A stretch of DNA of 16,977 bases from Oxalobacteraceae bacterium (GTDB lineage Bacteria; Pseudomonadota; Gammaproteobacteria; Burkholderiales; Burkholderiaceae_D). A program made the translations under genes and the position numbers. How positions within the stretch are numbered: the first letter of the stretch is position 1; each line of letters opens with the position of its first letter. Location: the NCBI GenBank assembly GCA_027485795.1, contig JAIXQK010000139.1:1-16977 (forward strand), in the 5' to 3' direction. Below, piece by piece: positions 13,740-16,977 of the stretch. The notes under the pieces are model-generated. The model searched no databases. It was not told the DNA's origin and saw nothing but the letters and a program-made list of their open reading frames with translations.

Positions 13740-14218
13740 TCTGTCTGCTGTAGACGCGCGAGTAGAAGCTGATGCCCAAGCTCACGCAAAGCAGCTTCAG
13801 TGTCCATCTTCTTGACACGACCCGTGTCAAATGTGAAGTCGGTGTAATTACCTTTACTGCTAGCGGTGATGGTGATTGCGCCGACTTCTGTCTTTGTGGC
13901 GTACTTTGCCGTAAAGCGTGGAATTAGATCAGTCGCGACGACCTCGTAGCTCACTTCGCTAGCAATGCCGCTATTGCTGGGCATTGCCCAATAGCCGACC
14001 ATATCGTCATAGCAGCGGTTCTTCAGTCTATCGACGATGAATGCGGCATCTTTGGAGCTGACATGCTTCAGCTGCGGTAGCTCACCCGACAAATCCTCTC
14101 CCGCTACTAGACGCTTTTTCACGCCATCGAAAAACTTCAAATCGGCTACGCGATCGCTGCAACGGCTTAACGCAGTCGCAGCGTGTTCCTTCAGGTAGTC
14201 GATTGCTTCTTGGCTCAT
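13736..14218 (-). CDS. Hypothetical protein (160 aa), downstream of the integrase on the same strand
   Basis: Clean ORF with no competing frame and no recognisable motifs. Its stop overlaps the stop of the convergent 286-aa ORF (ttaa). Confidence 0.55.
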   Translation of the reverse strand: MSQEAIDYLKEHAATALSRCSDRVADLKFFDGVKKRLVAGEDLSGELPQLKHVSSKDAAFIVDRLKNRCYDDMVGYWAMPSNSGIASEVSYEVVATDLIPRFTAKYATKTEVGAITITASSKGNYTDFTFDTGRVKKMDTEAALRELGHQLLLARLQQTD

Positions 14219-14310
14219 GAGATTTTTCGGTCGTGGCGGTAGGTATCTGTTTCGGGGTTTTTTTGCTTGTTGAGTCAGACGTGCAGGGTAGCGCAGGCTA
14301 CGGGGTTTTG

Positions 14311-15699
14311 CTACCGCTTTTGTTTCTTTATAGCGGCGCTACTGAGCTCTTTTTCCAGCTCCTCCGCAGCACGGGGATTGGCTTCAGTTAGGGTGATATG
14401 GATGCCCGTTGTGGCAGTGATAAGGCTCATAACGTCAGCGCGGACTGGGGAGATTTGGGCAAGTCGGCGGATTTCCTCAGCTTCAGCCGTTTGGGCATCG
14501 GGCATAGCGCCCGCTAGCTGCTCGGCAATCATCAGCGGTTTCAGATGGCTGTAGTGCTTTTCAATCATCGCCACTGAGGTTCCCATCTGGTTCGCTAGCT
14601 GTCCGAAGCTGACACCTTCTAAGATACGTTGTGTCGCGTAGTAGTGCCTGAGGCTATATAGACTGCGGGCTTTGCCATCTTTGTCGCCTTTGCTCATCCC
14701 GCATTCAGCCAAGCAGTCGGCAAAGGAATTGACCAAGTTGTAGGGTTTTGTGCCGTCTCGCAGCTTAAACAGCAGTTTGGGTGACTTGCTGGCAACGACC
14801 TCTTCCAGCGTCATATCGGCAAAGTCAGCGTCTAGCTGGCGAAGCTTCTCTAGCAGCGCCCACAGCTCATTCCTAGCAATCAGTGTGCGGCTCCCACGCT
14901 TACCCTTCGGCAGCGTGATATGGATGACCCGCATATTGGGCTTCTGCACGAATTCAATGTGCTTCCAGCACAAATCTTCAGTTTCGGTCCCAGGTCGTAC
15001 GCCAGTACACGCAACGAAGGTCACGTACAAGCCCAATAGCTCCCGTAACCAGCGGCTACGCTCGGTGCGGGCATTGGCGCTCCATTGCTGGATGAATGCC
15101 TGCAGCTCTATCAGTTCGTCAGTGCTGAATGAGCCTCGTGACTGAGTAGCGCCACCCGTATTCTTTAGCCCAGGTCGTTGGCTCTCGGTCATATAACTCT
15201 TTTCGATGGCGTAGTCGAAAACAGCGTTCAGGGCAGCATTGTGATTGTTCTGTGTACTAGCTTTGAGTTCGTAGCCAACCTTTTCCTTACGCCACCGATG
15301 AAACTCACTGACGATAGCAGGGGTGATCCGGTCGATGTTGTACGCACCGAAGAAGGGGATGAGGTAGCTATCGATAGCGCGATGGTAGTCGGCGTAACTT
15401 TTTTTGCCTGTACCTGCGTTCACTTCTTTCTTAAATCGTTCGCTTACGAATCGTGCAACGCTCGCGAACTTTTTACTGACTACTGCTAGTCCGCGTTTAT
15501 TTAATACGCGTGCTTCGTGAAATAAGTCTTCAGCGATTCGCTTTGCTTCGTCGAGGTGAGGTGTGCCTGATGTCTTGCGGTACCAATTTTTCGTAGCACC
15601 AATCTTGTAATGTATCTGCCAGTTCTTTGTTTCGGGGCGACGAATCAAGTTCAGCTCTTGTTCGCGCAGAACGACAGTTTCGCTTGATATATCAGGCAT
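14311..15699 (-). CDS. Tyrosine integrase (phage/genomic-island type), tRNA-Lys adjacent
   Basis: 462 aa. The catalytic region reads ACTGVRPGTE (Arg), LYSLRHYYAT (His-x-x-Arg context) and MGTSVAMIEKHYSHL (Tyr). It has a long N-terminal arm/core-binding region. The gene begins 163 bp from the 3' end of the tRNA. Confidence 0.9.
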   Translation of the reverse strand: MPDISSETVVLREQELNLIRRPETKNWQIHYKIGATKNWYRKTSGTPHLDEAKRIAEDLFHEARVLNKRGLAVVSKKFASVARFVSERFKKEVNAGTGKKSYADYHRAIDSYLIPFFGAYNIDRITPAIVSEFHRWRKEKVGYELKASTQNNHNAALNAVFDYAIEKSYMTESQRPGLKNTGGATQSRGSFSTDELIELQAFIQQWSANARTERSRWLRELLGLYVTFVACTGVRPGTETEDLCWKHIEFVQKPNMRVIHITLPKGKRGSRTLIARNELWALLEKLRQLDADFADMTLEEVVASKSPKLLFKLRDGTKPYNLVNSFADCLAECGMSKGDKDGKARSLYSLRHYYATQRILEGVSFGQLANQMGTSVAMIEKHYSHLKPLMIAEQLAGAMPDAQTAEAEEIRRLAQISPVRADVMSLITATTGIHITLTEANPRAAEELEKELSSAAIKKQKR

Positions 15700-15702
15700 T
15701 TA

Positions 15703-15748
15703 TGTGAATTTTTAGCATTGTGTCCTGAGTGTAAAGTAAAAATTCACA
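15703..15748. promoter_or_regulatory. Perfect 12-bp inverted repeat immediately upstream of the integrase start codon
   Basis: tgtgaattttta (15703-15714) and taaaaattcaca (15737-15748) are exact reverse complements separated by 22 bp. The proximal arm ends 3 nt from the int ATG at 15699. Confidence 0.45.
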
Positions 15749-15809
15749 ATGGGCAAAGAAATGAACTGTGCGACAACTGTGTAACGCTAAAAATGCGCAA
15801 AAAATAGGC

Positions 15810-15840
15810 AAAAAAAATGGCTCATCCGAAGATAAGCCAT
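15810..15840 (-). terminator. Intrinsic terminator of tRNA-Lys
   Basis: On the - strand, AUGGCUUAUC-UUCG-GAUGAGCCAU forms a 10-bp stem with one G.U pair and a UUCG tetraloop. Seven unpaired U follow. The hairpin begins 21 nt after the tRNA CCA end. Confidence 0.7.
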
Positions 15841-15861
15841 TGATTTTTCTGCTATTTATTC

Positions 15862-15937
15862 TGGTAGGTCGTGCAGGACTTGAACCTGCGACCAACGGAT
15901 TAAAAGTCCGCTGCTCTACCAACTGAGCTAACGACCC
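15862..15937 (-). tRNA. tRNA-Lys (anticodon UUU), 76 nt with encoded CCA
   Basis: The reverse complement reads GGGTCGT TA GCTC AGTTGGTA GAGC A GCGGA CTTTTAA TCCGT TGGTC GCAGG TTCAAGT CCTGC ACGACCT A CCA. This is a full cloverleaf with a G1.U72 wobble and anticodon loop CT-TTT-AA. Confidence 0.93.
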
Positions 15938-15947
15938 GAAGCCCGCA

Positions 15948-15977
15948 ATTATACTAAGTCGGAAAAACTTTTGTCAA
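15948..15977 (-). promoter_or_regulatory. Consensus sigma70 promoter for tRNA-Lys
   Basis: On the - strand, TTGACA (15977-15972), an 18-nt spacer and TATAAT (15953-15948). The GC-rich discriminator tgcgggc follows. The mature tRNA 5' end lies 10 nt past the -10 hexamer. Confidence 0.7.
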
Positions 15978-16071
15978 TCAGGGTCTTATCGCTTTTATAT
16001 GTTCGCGATGCCCTCTATTCCATGTGAACGGCTTGATTACGCAATCATGCACGGGCAGTCCTGCCAAATCC

Positions 16072-16977
16072 TCACTTAAGCTCAGACAACAGCTCTTTTC
16101 CCGTTTTTGCCGCCGGACTGGTGGGGAAGCGCTTAATCAGGTTGTTGATTGTCTGTCGAGCCGCTGCTTTGTCTTTCAGGTCCCTTTGACACTCAGCTAG
16201 GCTGAGCATGGCATCTGGGGCGCGTTGACTATTGGTAAAGCGAGAGACGATAGTTTGAAACGCCGGCATCGCACTCACGCAGTCTTGCAGAGCATAGTGG
16301 CTAGAGCCCAACCAGAAATAAGCCTGCGCCAAGTTACTCGAATCCGGAAAACGCTTCAGGAAGTCGGTAAAACCTTGCGCTGCTGCTCGGTAGTTTTCCG
16401 ACTTAAAATGACCCAGTGCCAGATCATAGGTTTTTTGCTCTGACAAGCGTTCATCCGCATCCGGCGGTGCGATTGCAGTAGACGAATCCCCCGCTTTGGT
16501 TGGGGTAGCAGGCTTGCTATCCAAAGTCGATTGCTTGTTTTCCAGCGCCTGCTGACGGGTCTCAACAGCGGCGTATTTCTGGTCAAGCGCACCAATGCGC
16601 TGGTCAAGGTCGGTGTAGAAATCTTTTTGGCGGCGCTGAGTATTCGCGATGTCGTTGGAGACCACCTCAAGTTGGCCACGCAAGCCGGCGAGGTCTTGCC
16701 GTAGCTTGTCAATTTCCTCACTAAGCTTCAGCAGCGCCTTGGTATCTGCTTTGCCATCGATACGCGCAGCTAGCGGTTGAAGCTTGGTGTCGACCTCTTT
16801 TTGCAAGGCGTCCAGCTTCGCATCAATCCGGCTTGATAGTTCATTGACTTGCTTGCGCAGATCGAGCAGCGAGCGGCGCGCGTCAACATCCTCAAACAGC
16901 GCGTGCGCGTTGATCGGCATCAAAATGAAAAGCGCCGCCATGGCGGCGGCGCGTAGTTTCAGCAACGAGGCATTCAT
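16072..16977 (-). CDS. cpoB: Tol-Pal system cell-division coordinator CpoB (YbgF)
   Basis: 301 aa. It has the signal peptide MNASLLKLRAAAMAALFILMPINAHA, a long coiled coil (LDLRKQVNELSSRIDAKLDALQKEVD...) and C-terminal TPR-like repeats (YDLALGHFKSENYRAAAQGFTDFLKRFPDS...AQAYFWLG...APDAMLSLAECQ). A tRNA-Lys gene also follows ybgF in E. coli. Confidence 0.85.
   Translation of the reverse strand: MNASLLKLRAAAMAALFILMPINAHALFEDVDARRSLLDLRKQVNELSSRIDAKLDALQKEVDTKLQPLAARIDGKADTKALLKLSEEIDKLRQDLAGLRGQLEVVSNDIANTQRRQKDFYTDLDQRIGALDQKYAAVETRQQALENKQSTLDSKPATPTKAGDSSTAIAPPDADERLSEQKTYDLALGHFKSENYRAAAQGFTDFLKRFPDSSNLAQAYFWLGSSHYALQDCVSAMPAFQTIVSRFTNSQRAPDAMLSLAECQRDLKDKAAARQTINNLIKRFPTSPAAKTGKELLSELK

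Larger units (their letters stand above)
8159..15861. mobile_element. Minimum extent of a tRNA-Lys-linked integrative element (integrase, second small recombinase, polymerase-like gene, six unknown ORFs); left boundary not determined
   Basis: The integrase abuts the 3' side of tRNA-Lys, with core cpoB beyond it. The cargo has no housekeeping genes. I found no direct repeat of the tRNA 3' end by eye in the window, so the element may extend further left, possibly to about 1700. Confidence 0.55.

Noticed and set aside
15692-15922. 76-aa ORF on the - strand that overlaps the tRNA-Lys gene.
   Set aside because: It reads through the tRNA, its terminator and the int upstream repeat, so it is an artefact of an open frame across RNA and regulatory sequence.
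1-16977. Search for CRISPR arrays, rRNA genes, additional tRNAs and tandem repeats.
   Set aside because: I saw no regularly spaced short direct repeats, no rRNA-like segments and no cloverleaf other than tRNA-Lys. This was a by-eye scan only, so short or degenerate elements could have been missed.

Overview
This looks like a proteobacterial chromosomal window. The right edge is core genome: cpoB/ybgF (16072-16977, -), then a complete tRNA-Lys(UUU) gene (15862-15937, -) with a consensus sigma70 promoter and a UUCG-loop intrinsic terminator. A 462-aa tyrosine integrase sits directly downstream of the tRNA, the classic signature of a tRNA-linked integrative island. The ~8 kb behind the integrase (8159-15699) holds two diverging operons of unrecognisable ORFs and a second, FimB/E-sized tyrosine recombinase. 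It also holds the most interesting gene: a 492-aa protein (11426-12904) that I can hand-align to the palm/fingers motifs of the T7-RNA-polymerase / Pol I (family A) superfamily. That protein has no room for an exonuclease or promoter-binding domain. I see no phage structural, conjugation, helicase or primase genes. To the left is a 565-bp ORF-free region (7594-8158) with origin-like or recombination-site-like features. These are a perfect DnaA box inside a 10-5-10 palindrome, CCACA/TGTGG pentamer enrichment, a nested 73-nt inverted repeat, an AT-rich stretch and an orphan hairpin with a T-tract. Further left (1700-7593) is a visibly more AT-rich accessory segment. It carries an SPFH/stomatin gene with a small membrane partner, a conserved hypothetical gene and a three-gene secreted/lipoprotein cassette. 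Two diverged 519-bp direct repeats bracket that cassette, each encoding a small secreted HExxH-motif protein plus 201 bp of equally conserved upstream DNA. The left edge is the 3' part of a TPR-CHAT protein. I found no CRISPR array, rRNA or transposase. The far (left) att boundary of the island could not be located in this window.
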